Shown piece after piece: positions 9,501-20,241 of a stretch of 20,976 nucleotides of DNA. Where the stretch lies: the NCBI RefSeq assembly GCF_000002865.3, contig NW_001865083.1:204852-225827 (forward strand), given 5' to 3'. The notes under the pieces are model-generated. The model saw nothing but the letters and a program-made list of their open reading frames with translations, searched no databases and was not told the origin of the DNA. Numbering within the stretch: the stretch's first letter is position 1; each line of letters opens with the position of its first letter. The position numbers were made by a program, and so were the translations under genes. Source of the DNA: Monosiga brevicollis MX1. Taxonomy: Eukaryota.

Positions 9501-11110
9501 GAATCGGCCACTTTCGTACGCATGCATGACCATGCTTGACTGCTGCTGCCAGAAACTGATCGGGCATCCGGCTGTGGCAATTTAGTCTTTAATCCAGGAC
9601 GTCACTTTTTGAACGTTTGGGACACGAATGATGGCGCCCAAAATCGCAACACTCAGACAGCCATGCAGGCACTTGCTGCCTCGATCGAGGTGAGTTGCTG
9701 AATCGTTCAACGCCGTGACTTTTTCAAGCAGAGATGCGTTTCAGCGCCCCCAAGTCCTCATTTTAGTTTCCAACGGTCTGTTACTTGACAGGGACATCGA
9801 AGTGGCCTTCCAATCCGATCAGAGTTGTGTCCAGCTGTTGCAACCTGGCATCTAGCTGAGGTGAAGCAAAGACCGCGGCACCTTCCCAATCCCGTTTTGT
9901 TCATGGCTTTATTGGTCCACGGTCGCAGGGGAGCTCACATCGCGTTTGCGCGGCGTTGTTGTGCTCCAGGCTCATGCACGGTTTGAGGCCGACGCTTTTG
10001 TTGGGTATACGCTGGTGTGGACGCCAAAAATGACCACGGCGGATATCATGACAGCGCCGCGCATCGAAGCATTTGCGCGCCCAAGCCCGCCAAAAGCCTT
10101 GGTTGGTCCCCCTGCCAAAGAGTTGATGAATGTGCGTGACGCTGACCTTGTCTTCTGCTCTGCGTGCCTTACAGGTTATCGCGGGTCGGGAGGGGCTGAC
10201 TCGGCTTCAGACCGCATTTGTCGGAGTGGGATGGGACGTGAAGGAACGCGTTTTTACTCGGTTTGTGTGTCCGTTCTTACCGGTTTCAAGTGGCTTCTTG
10301 CGCTCCCACTTTCTCATCAAATCCCGTGGTGCATCATAGCCAAGGGAGGCTCGTGACTGTCGAAGATGAGCCCACACTGGTTATGGTGTGGACAGCGGGA
10401 CCTGAGCTTCTCGTGTCGGTGGTAAGTTTTGCGAGTGGCGGTGTTTGCAGAAAGGGCTTGGGTTTCCATCCGCTTGACACCTGCGTGCGCAGCAGCAGAG
10501 GTAGAACTCTTGGGGGCATGCTTCCGTCAGACTTGATTCACCGATGTTTGTCGGCAGCGATGGATGCGACCAGATGGCCAGATGGAAGACCAAACTGCAC
10601 TCAAGATAGAGAAGGAGCAGGAATATGTGCATGTGGTTGCCTCGCTGGGCAAAGAAGCTCGCCATGCCGGCCTTTGGCATGCAGTGATCGTTGATGATGA
10701 GGTAAAGCGCACGTGCATTGTGGGCGTCCCACCTTTTTTTGGGTGACTCATTCACTGACTCGCTTCACTCGGGTGCAGACACAGGGCGTGATGACCAGCC
10801 TGTCTTTTGCCATGTTACCTAGTCTGCAGGTATGCAGATTTCTGGCTTATTGCATGATTATGATGGTGACTGAGGGCTCACCGTACATTGATTGGTCTGG
10901 ACAAATCATTAGTCAGCCTCGTTTCGCGAGGAGAGCACGACCCTGCTGCGGCAAAGCTGGTCCCTGGTTGAGTGGTGTGCGTCAAAGCCGGCAGGCGAAT
11001 TGCTGGCAACATGCGATTGGCATGGGGTTCAGCTGTGCGAAAATCATACGCTCAGCCCCTACGCCACGGGCGCAGCGTGGCATTTGGAAGAGGCATTGCA
11101 GCATGTGTAG
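6525..11110 (+). CDS. XYLT: Proteoglycan protein O-xylosyltransferase (GT14, XYLT1/2/oxt homolog), multi-exon type II membrane protein
   Basis: ATG at 6525 followed by a TM anchor ([29 protein letters not shown]). Spliced motifs: [156 protein letters not shown]. Last exon 10913-11110 ([10 protein letters not shown]...[12 protein letters not shown]), which is not in the ORF track. Not all internal junctions were resolved. Confidence 0.95.
7709..7733. repeat. Poly-T tract (~25 nt) in an XYLT intron
   Basis: Homopolymer run seen directly. Confidence 0.9.
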
Positions 11111-11169
11111 AAGAAAGGCATTGTACTTGGAGACGGTGCCGTTTTGAGTGCCCAGAATTCGATTAGGAC

Positions 11170-11239
11170 AAGAAGGAACAGAACAAGAAGAAGAAGAAAA
11201 AATAGAAGAAGAAGAAGAAGAAGAAGAAGCAGAGGAAGA
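11170..11239. repeat. (GAA)n-type purine microsatellite between convergent gene ends
   Basis: Interrupted GAA array downstream of the XYLT stop (11110) and of the RRM-gene stop (11396, - strand). Confidence 0.9.
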
Positions 11240-11395
11240 CTACGAGGTCAGCGAGCATCAACATCCCTATGGCTTGGTCCGACAAAGTGTGGTTGCTGCT
11301 CTCCAAATCGAAGGAAGAAAACGTTTTTGCACCAAAGTGGAGTAAGACTCGCAACAAACAACAAAGAAGGCAACCGATGCCAACCTTTAGGGCGT

Positions 11396-12616
11396 TTAGG
11401 CGCGCTTGACGCGCTTTGCGCTTTGTTCGCCGCCCTCGAGGTCGAAATCATCCTCGCCGTAATCCTCAGCCGTTACATCGTCGTCGTCGTCGTCAAAGCG
11501 ACTAAAGTGTTTTGCCGAAGCGTCAGTCTCTCTGGGAGATTTGTCACCATTAGCCTCCTGCTGCCGCTTCGTTTCGCGACGGCGTTGCTCATCCTCTTCC
11601 GAGTCTGCATCGCCGCGCGTTGTGTTGGGACGACGCCCGACAAAGCTGCCATTGAGGTCATCTGACTCGCGGTTGGCTGAAACATGGTGCCTGGATCGAT
11701 CCTAAAAGGACCAGATGGGTTGGTGACCGATGATCAACGTCGGTGGGCGAAGAATTGTAGCTCTCGAAGAATTCAATGACTTTTGCAGCATCGCTATTTC
11801 CTTACCTGCATGGCTTCGTCATGTGTACGGCGTTGGGCGGCGTTGCGAATCTGGAGAGCGACATGAGATGCGCAGTAGGTGAGTTGATTGCCGGGCGAAA
11901 AGAATTAGAGGGTGGAGAAGCAGAGGAGAAACTCACACGAATGCGCGTGCCGTTGAGCATCGTGTTGTGGAGTGAGCGTACGCAAGCAGCACCAACGCCA
12001 TCATCCTCCAGGCTGGTGCATGCGGGGAGGCGTGAAAGACATTTCGGGGCGGGAGCAAAAGAAAAGTGAGGCCGAGAAGCGGCGTCAGAGCTTGATGCAC
12101 CCTTTGGAATGCCACGATGGCGTACCGTACAAACACTTCGGCTTGGCGTCCATCTACCGATAGAACACGCCCATAAGCACCCAAGTAGTGCGCGAGCTGC
12201 GTGGCTGCCGAAAATGGAGCTTTGTTGAGGGACCAGTCACTGGCCAATGCCGAAGAATTGGTGCTGGGCGCGGCGCTGACAGCTGTTTGACCCTCGGTGC
12301 TAGCCTCCATTTCATTTCCTGTTTGCGTGGCCGGTGTTGCCGCAGGACCAGCACCTCCCATCACCATGCCCGAAACGATAACCGTGGCTGCTGCCGGTGG
12401 AGCGCGCCTCGTGGGCTCATCGCTCCCCTTCAGCTCGGCATCTTCATCCATCACCGCTGTCTCCGCATCCAAGCCTGCCTCTGCCTCTGCCTCTGCCTCT
12501 GCTTCAGCGCGCACCTCTACCGCTTCATCCACCTTTTCTCCCGTCTCCATCCCCGCCATCGTCTCCGTCTCCGTCTCCGTCTTCGCATCCGTCGCCATCT
12601 CCGCTGTCGCCATCAT
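11396..12616 (-). CDS. Acidic low-complexity protein with one RRM-like domain and a C-terminal NLS-like tail
   Basis: Phase-consistent exons 12616-12126, 12012-11937, 11850-11806, 11701-11396 (TAA). Splicing yields ATQLAHYLGAYGRVLSVD..AEVFVRLEDDGVGAACVRSLHNTMLNGTRIRIRNA, an RRM pattern. Ends ...DDDDDD..EDDFDLEGGEQSAKRVKRA*. Start Met inferred (the ORF-track start at 12733 is TTG). Confidence 0.72.
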
Positions 12617-12662
12617 CTTCAAAAACTCGAGTCGCGTCGTCTCGTCCGACACGACGCTCAAC

Positions 12663-12733
12663 TGACAGCGTTTGTCTGACAATTGGTTCGGTCCATAATT
12701 GTCTGACAAATACTGATAAATACTGTCTGACAA
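12663..12733. promoter_or_regulatory. Cluster of (T)TGTCTGACAA palindromic motifs upstream of the RRM gene
   Basis: TTGTCTGACAA at 12672 and 12699, TGTCTGACAA at 12724, plus TGACAG at 12663, 50-120 bp upstream of the inferred ATG. The regulatory role is inference. Confidence 0.45.
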
Positions 12734-13058
12734 TGAGTATCGGGTCAGCCAGACTCACATATGGGAGATTTGCTCGTGGTAGAGCGGCTGGCTGGAATGT
12801 GGGTGTGATGAGCATGAGGAGCGTTGTGCGAGGGAGTGCGAGGATGTGTGTGTGTGCGCGCGCGTGTGTGTACGAGATACAGCCTTTGCGGGGAAACGAT
12901 AAACTCTGGGCTGCTAAGGACGACCAGACAGTCAAAATCGCAAGATCGATTAATGATAAAGGTCCTGGACAAGTTGGTTTTATGTATTTGCTTGTTTTCG
13001 TTCCGGGCGGGACAATTTTCCTGAGTAATAAAAAAAAAAGTAGGAGAGGGAGAGAAGA

Positions 13059-16000
13059 CTACATGTAGGCAACATCGATGCTGCTGCCAATGTTCGTGCG
13101 GTGAGTATCCCGGCTTTGGTTCATTTCCTGGCTACGGAAGACGACACGATCGCCGTATTGCTCCACCTGTGACGCATTGATCTCGCCAGGAGGGCCTCGT
13201 CTCTGCATCTCCATGACCCCGCCTAGCTCACTGGCCGGAGCCAGGTCCACTGAGGCCTTGCGTGAGCGGCTGCACAGCATCCAGATTCCCACACCCAAAA
13301 GAAGCAAGAGGACCACGACGAGGACTGGGACAACAATATACATGGTGTCACGGTCGCTGTCGTCGTTGCCCTGGGACAGTGATACACTGGTGCTGGCTTG
13401 CGTGATGTAGGACGTGTCCTCAGCCGCGTAGGCTCCGACCACGGCCGTGGCCAGGGGTTCGTAGCCAGCTGCTTGTGCCAAGCCTTGAATTCGCTGCTGC
13501 AACACGAGAATCTGCTGTAGCAAGGCTCCCACCTGCAGCGCAAACGTGCGCTCTGCCGCTGCGGTGGTCGCCACCTCGCCCGTCTCAGCCATGACTGTTT
13601 GCTCTGGCATGGTTAGCTCGACCAAGTACACCACCTGCACCCCGCCCGTCGTGGAGTCCGTCTCGATGGCAAGCACGCTGACCAAGACCACACCCGACGC
13701 ACTGAGACTTGCCATGTGGTGGCGCAGAGCCTGTGTAAGTACGTTCAGCGCAGCGGTGTCCCAAACCATGGTGTCATCGGTCTCGGCTGTCGCGCTGTTG
13801 GCTCCAGATTGCAGACTGGACGCCGGCGTTTCCGGCAGGCGCAGCACACCCGTCACAAGCATGGTGCTGTCGTCATCGATGGTCTGCTGCAGCAACATGG
13901 GCTGCGTGCGAGAGGCAGTCGTCAGCGCACCACAAACGCGATCGCTGGTGGTTGAAGGGGCTTGCAGCTCTCGACCTGAAAACTGGTCACCCACCACACA
14001 CGTGGTCAGGTCGGTACATTGGGTGTCATAATCCACGCTACAAAATCCGGGGGCCGCCATCACCACGCCGGCTGCTGGGGCCGTCAGATTGGCATACTGT
14101 ACCACCTCGTCACAAGTGGTGCAGGCTCGGCACGTGTCGGAAAGACTGACACTGGTCGGCAACATGTCCCCGGTGCACGTATCGGCCCTGCGGACCGTCA
14201 CTCCAGCTTCACAGCTGGGGCAGTTGGCACATTCACGATTCTCGTTAACCGTGGGCGCCAACACCTGCACTTGGCCCGCGGCACAAGGTGCTACAGAACA
14301 GACAGACAAACGTGAGAAGCAGGCACAATAAACTTGATATGAACACACGCGCGAATCCTCCAGATCCGTTGCTATAAGCGGCATTACTACCAGCAACACA
14401 ATCACTCACCAGCCCAACTAGTGCACACAACGTCTGATGTCAAAGTAGCTGCGGCGCTGATATACGTGCCACTCGGGCACGTCGAAATGGGTGTGCACTC
14501 GCGACCGCTGGTGGCAGTGACAGGAGCAGTTTCGTATGATACACCATCGACGCAGGCCTGGGCCACTAGGCAACGGCCGTCGGTGGCATACTCTTCGCTG
14601 TTTGGCTCGCAAGCTCGGCATGGCCAGTTGCCATCCACCCAGTCACCACTAGCATTGCACGTGTAATTTTTGATCTCAGAAGCACGGGAGGCGTCAACAC
14701 CAAACCCGGCGCGACACTGGAATACATGTTCAATGTCACATTCATCACCCGGATTGCCCGCACAGGTGCCCACTGCAACCAGATCGGTAGCCATGGTAGA
14801 AGGCAGGCTATCGCAAACTACTTCAGTGCACTGCAACAAGGGATAAGCAGGATTCACAGGCGTCCAGCTTCCATCGACACCACACCTGTAGGTGGCCTGC
14901 CGGCCAAGCCAACCTGGTGAGCAGTCGGCAACGCAAAGCGAGCCCAATGTAGTGGTACCATTCACTAGGGTGGTCGCGGCGCCCGCATATCCGTGCACGG
15001 TCTCATTACAAGTGCCACAATCAAGAGGTTCACAAGTGGGATTGGTCGTAATCTCCCAGATGGCACCTCGGCGGCATGTCGCCACGCCACCGGCTCCTTG
15101 GTAGCCTGCGGCACAAGGCAAAGGGCATTCGCCGCCCTCGCCAAGGTTCAAGCAACGTGAAACCACAGATACATCCAAATCTGGGACGCGCGAAGGACAA
15201 GCCGAGGTACTGGTCGTCGTGGTAGTGGAGGTCGACGTTGAAGTGGTGGTAGTGGAAGTGGTGGTAGTGGAGGTGGTGGTAGTGGAGGAGGTGGTAGTGG
15301 AGGTGGTAGTGGTGCTTGTGGTGGTGGTAGAGGAAGTAGTTGTGCTTGTGGTCGTGGAACTTGACGTTGTGGTGGAAGATGTAGTGGTGGTTGATGTCGT
15401 GGTGGTAGGCGTCGTGGTGGAAGATGTAGTGGTAGTAGAAGAGGTGGTAGTGGTGGTCAAGGTTGTATTCGCGCTAGAGGCCGAGTTACTTGTTGGCACT
15501 GCCGCAGTGGTCGTGGAGCCAGCCATCGTTGCGTTGGTCGTTACACCCGTGGAAGATGCCACGGATGACGCCAGGGAAAGGGTAGCTGAAGTCGATGAGG
15601 CGTGACGATGACGGGTTTGCCATCGTATGGGCTGATTTGGGCTGGTGGTGGATTCGGCAGCCTCAATCGTCGTTGTCGCCGGATTGCTGCTTGATGCCAT
15701 GGAAATGGGTGAGGAGAGAGGTGGTGGACTCGGCACCTCAATCGTCGTTGTCGCCGGATTGCTGCTTGATGCCATGGTAATGGGTGGTGATGAGGAGGAG
15801 GTGGTGGATTCGGCAGCCTCAAGCGTCGTTGTCGCCGGATTGCTGCTTGATGCCATGGTAATGGAGGAAGAGGTGGTGGATTCGGCACCTTCAAGCGTCG
15901 TTGTCGCAGGATTGCTGCTTGATGCCATGGTAATGGGTGGCGATGAGGAGGAGGTGGTGGATTCGGCAGCCTCAAGCGTCGTTGTCGCCGGATTGCTGCT

Positions 16001-17083
16001 TGATGCCATGGTAATGGAGGAAGAGGTGGTGGATTCGGCACCTTCAAGCGTCGTTGTCGCAGGATTGCTGCTTGATGCCATGGTAATGGGTGGCGATGAG
16101 GAGGAGGTGGTGGATTCGGCAGCCTCAAGCGTCGTTGTCGCCGGATTGCTGCTTGATGCCATGGTAATGGAGGAAGAGGTGGTGGATTCGGCACCTTCAA
16201 GCGTCGTTGTCGCAGGATTGCTGCTTGATGCCATGGTAATGGGTGGCGATGAGGAGGAGGTGGTGGATTCGGCAGCCTCAAGCGTCGTTGTCGCCGGATT
16301 GCTGCTTGATGCCATGGTAATGGAGGAAGAGGTGGTGGATTCGGCACCTTCAAGCGTCGTTGTCGCAGGATTGCTGCTTGATGCCATGGTAATGGGTGGC
16401 GATGAGGAGGAGGTGGTGACGGTGGTCGAAGCGGTGGTAGCAGCCATCGTGGTGGACGTTGATGCTCCCGAGGTAGTAGTGACGGCCATTGTGGGCGAGG
16501 CTGACATAGTGGCGGTGGTAGGCGTCATCGTGGTGCTCGCAGCAGTGCTGGCCGCGGTCGTGGCAGGCACAGTTGTCTCAATAGGTGTTGTTGAGGACAA
16601 GGGCAATGTGGTGGATGATGGTGAAGAGGTCGTGGAAGTGCTTGTTGTGCAGATGTTGTTCTCGTTGACATAACATTCTGCAGTTGGACATTCCACCGGG
16701 CCGTAAAGGTCACATGGCATATCTTCATCAATGCCCATGCATCGACCTGTTGTGTAACCGTTGAACCATTGGCAGCGATCTGAAGGGCAGCTGCTGGGGT
16801 CGCTGTAGAGCTGGCATTCCGGGGGCACACTTGCGTTATGGCAGATCCAAGCCAAACGATCGAATGTGCAGCCAGAGAGACGGAGGCACTGGCTTTCATC
16901 CATGGCGTCGGAGCATTCCCGGGCACGGCAAATGCTAGAAATGGGCTCATAGATGCAGGCTGATTGACTCTGACACTCAAATTCACCCAAGGTGTCGCAG
17001 GTCCCAGCCTGGCCCGAGCAGGTAGCGAGCCAACCGACCACCAGGATCAAACTGCCCCACCGATTCCATGATGCCGACGCCAT
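13059..17083 (-). CDS. Large type I membrane mucin-like protein: signal peptide, Cys-rich head, Ser/Thr stalk, Sushi/CCP-like and TNFR-like Cys repeats, TM helix, short cytoplasmic tail
   Basis: ATG at 17083 (MASASWNRWGSLILVVGWLATCSG). Exons 17083-14410 and 14290-13059 are joined in frame by a GTGAGT..TGTAG intron (CTSWA|APCAAGQ). Sushi-like CPLPCAAGYQG..ATC..GAIW and CSPGW..TYRCGVDGSW. Repeats of the form T.TSDR.C. TM YIVVPVLVVVLLLLLGVGIWML followed by SRSRK. Confidence 0.88.
15645..16416 (-). repeat. Coding tandem repeat with alternating 72-bp and 81-bp monomers (153-bp higher-order unit)
   Basis: The GATGCCATGG anchor occurs at 15693, 15768, 15849, 15921, 16002, 16074, 16155, 16227, 16308 and 16380 (spacing 75, then 81/72 alternating). 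Encodes ITMASSSNPATTTLE(G/A)AESTTSSS(SPP). Confidence 0.95.
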
Positions 17084-17740
17084 GATTATCGTGGCCGCCC
17101 TGCAAATGTTATAAGAATAGGATGCGTGCGCATGAGACAAGGCTCGGCTCAAGTGGCAGCACGTGTGCTGGAAATGAAACCCATGCACAAAGAGGACCGA
17201 ATCAGCCGAGATGGGCCCGCGAGAGACAGCTGGAACATGGAGACTCACGCTGCTCGACGAATTACTTTGATGACGAGATGGCGAGCACCTGTGAGCGGGG
17301 TTGAAGCTCGCACAACACCCAGCGGCCCCCGTGGCCGGAAGAACCGTCTCCGAGTTGATCTGACGCTAATAATCAGGATCTATTGTCCCAACTCAACCGC
17401 AAGCACGTCCGCCCACTCGATCAGACAGACAGGCACGGGTTGCGGGTTGCGACGCGCGCTGCCGTTTGGAGCAACACCACCCCTCGACCAAAAAAAAAAT
17501 AAAATAAAAAATAAAAAAAGGAGAGACAAAACACAAAAAAGAAGAGAAAAGTGGGCGGGAACGCGCCTTTTGTTCCGCTATAATTAGCAGGCGCTAGTGT
17601 GAAAAGATTAAACGTGAATGATTGAAAGCCATTTTTTTATAGCAAAGTCTTTTGATTTTCTGCAAAGTTGCTTTGTTTGGAAACAAAGGGAGTTGGTCTG
17701 TCTGAAACGGCAGCGCCCCGATCGCGACTTGGACTGAACG

Positions 17741-17796
17741 GCCGATGAACGATCGCTTCAGCACGGAAGCCGATGAACGATTGCTTCAGCACGGAA
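17741..17796. repeat. 28-bp tandem duplication GCCGATGAACGATYGCTTCAGCACGGAA x2
   Basis: Copies at 17741-17768 and 17769-17796 with one C/T mismatch; intergenic. Confidence 0.9.
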
Positions 17797-18549
17797 CCTG
17801 TGAAAGGGGATTGAACCCAGCGCAAACAGCCCATCTGTGTAACTTGTCAAATCTACTGCCCATAAAGGGAACAAGAGAGCAGAGAAGCAGACGAGACTGA
17901 AAGGTCTGAGAGCCAGAGCCAGGGAGTCAGAGGGCCGCAGAGCCCGAGGGCCAGGGAGCCAGCGCCCACACACAAAGAGTAGGGCACATGGGCAGAACTC
18001 TGGTACAACAGACACAAGTCTGGTGATGGCTGGCCGCTGTATGGAAGGAGCAACTTTCAGTGGTTGGTTTCTTCCTACGTTAGATATGGGCGAGACGACA
18101 CCCATGCCTTGATCCCTGATGTTGCTGCTTCTGCTCGAGGACAGGCGTGCATGGCATGGACGTTGAGGGCGAGGGCTCAGAGTGGTGAGTGCCAACAAGA
18201 AGACGTACAGGTTTATCTCAATGAAACCGCCGAAGCGTAAAGTCGAAAGGACAAGGAAAATCAAGTAGCATGACACGGGTGGCAGATAGACCGCCAACAG
18301 AATGAAGAACACCACAAGGAGGGGTCATCAACAAGACCAGCTGTCTGGAAAGAAAGAAAGAAGAAAAGGCGGGCGGTTGAACTCGGCACACAAAGTCCCA
18401 ACCAACCAGCTCAAGGTAAAGAAAGAGAGTCACGCTCAAAAGGCTCGGAAACTCGTTCGCATAGACACAAACAACACACACACACGGACAAAATCAAACG
18501 CGGCTGCCAGAGAGACAATGGGCGTGGCGTTTTGACAAGGAAACTCTCT

Positions 18550-20241
18550 TTAGTCGGAGAAGCTTTGGCTCTGCGACACGAGCCAGGGGTGTTGCAGGGC
18601 CATGTCCAGGCGCATGCGCTTTTCCGGGTCATGCTGCAGCAGCTGTGGCAAGTGCAAGAAAGGGGAGCAGCAAGTTGATGCAGAGGAGGAAATGACGTGA
18701 GCCAGGCAGACTTGTACTTGATGGAGCTAAGTTCGGTGTGCGTTACCTTGGAAACAAAGTCGCGCGCGCCCTCTGAGATGTAGTCGGGGAAGTGGAGATC
18801 CACCTTGACAATGCGGCGGTAGGTGTCGCGATGGCCTTCAGCTTCAAACGGAGGGTTGCCGACCATGAATTCATAGCAAAGCACGCCCAGGGACCACAGA
18901 TCAACCTGGAGGGGTGTGAAAGCGATTGGTGAGCTGCTGCACGGGTGGGTCGCTGGTTTTCGCAAAGAGGTGGATATCGCACAGGGGCCTTTTTTCTTTT
19001 TTGTGGGGTGAGGGCGTGAGCCCTTTAGAAGACGACTTACGTTGGCATCATGGGCCTTGCCCTCGATCATCTCGGGGGGAAGGTAGTCGAGGGTACCACA
19101 CAACGTGCGGCGTCGAGAACTAGGGGTGTGCACGGCCCAACCAAAGTCGGCAATCTTCAACGTTCCCTATTGGCATTGGCTCTTGTGAGCGCCTCGAGAG
19201 CCCCTATCATGACGCGCACGCGTATCTTGGTTGTGACGTCGGTTGAGGCGCGGGTTGAGCAGACCTTGAGGCCGAGGAGAAGGTTTTCTGGCTTGATATC
19301 ACGGTGAATGACGTGCTTGCGATGGCAGTACTCGAGGGCAGTGGCAAGCTGCTTGATGTAGTTGGCGGTGGTGGGCTCGGAGAAGCGGCCATACTCTTGC
19401 AATTTCTGATTGGGTCCGAAGGAGCTGGAGGTGAGTTGGTTTTGAATCAAAGCCAAGGCTGAATGGCTGAATGGCTGAATGGCTGAAATGGCTGAATGGC
19501 TGAATGAATGAATGAAGGCGGTCGCACCTTGTAGAGCTCGCCTTGGGCGGCGTACTCGAGAATCAGATAGACGCGGCTCTCGTCGTAGAAATAGCCGTAG
19601 AGGCGGAGGATGTTGGGATGACGGAGGTGGGACTGAATCTCAATCTCGCGGCGCAGCTGGTGCTCGACGTTGTTCTTCTGCAGCTGGCTCTTGAAGAGGA
19701 CCTATTGAGACAAGGGGGTACGTGGTTGATGGAGGCATTGAGAAGCTGTGTGCTCGGGGGAAGAAAAGGATGCCAAGAGTGGTTGGGCACCAGTTTTGCC
19801 GGTCAGGTGCAGGGAGACGAGGACTGACCTTGAGGGCGACGACAAACTTGGTGCGCTTTTCGCGGGCGAGGTAGACGTTGCCAAACTTGCCCCGGCCGAG
19901 GGGCTTGCCAATTTCAAAATCGTTTAGGGTCCACTCGCGCTTGGGCTCCCCAGACATGGCTGAGGCTGTCGAGGTTGTGGAAGCCCTGAACAAGGACGAG
20001 AAGACGACAAACTGGTCAGGCTGTGGTACTCAACTGCATGGCATGGCATGGCATGGCGGGAGGTCTTACTTGGCGTCTGCTTGAGAAGCTGGCTTGTTGT
20101 AGCTGCGCTCAGCCAGAGGCGCGCGCTGGATTGCGGTGAACCGAGGTGGTGTGGTGAGCAAGCGACGCGGTCAATGAGGCGATGCACAAGGCGGTATGTG
20201 GGGTGAGAGAGAGGCTGGGGACACACCTCGGTGGAAGCCAT
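18550..20241 (-). CDS. AURK: Aurora kinase (8 exons, ~306 aa)
   Basis: Exons 20241-20227, 20125-20070, 19985-19829, 19701-19528, 19405-19265, 19166-19041, 18905-18747, 18642-18550; all GT-AG and phase-consistent (921 nt). Motifs: [102 protein letters not shown]. Confidence 0.97.
19457..19515. repeat. Intronic microsatellite (GGCTGAAT)n decaying into (GAAT)n
   Basis: About six 8-bp units followed by TGAA repeats, filling about half of Aurora intron 4. Confidence 0.9.

Noticed and set aside
11144..11665. Poly-Arg and poly-Glu ORFs
   Set aside because: They arise from the (GAA)n microsatellite and the antisense of the RRM gene's last exon.
15219..16673. Long + strand Val/Glu-rich ORFs and the alternative-frame Pro/Arg ORF 15541..16353
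   Set aside because: They are antisense or shifted shadows of the Thr/Ser mucin repeat, whose codons give no stops in those frames.
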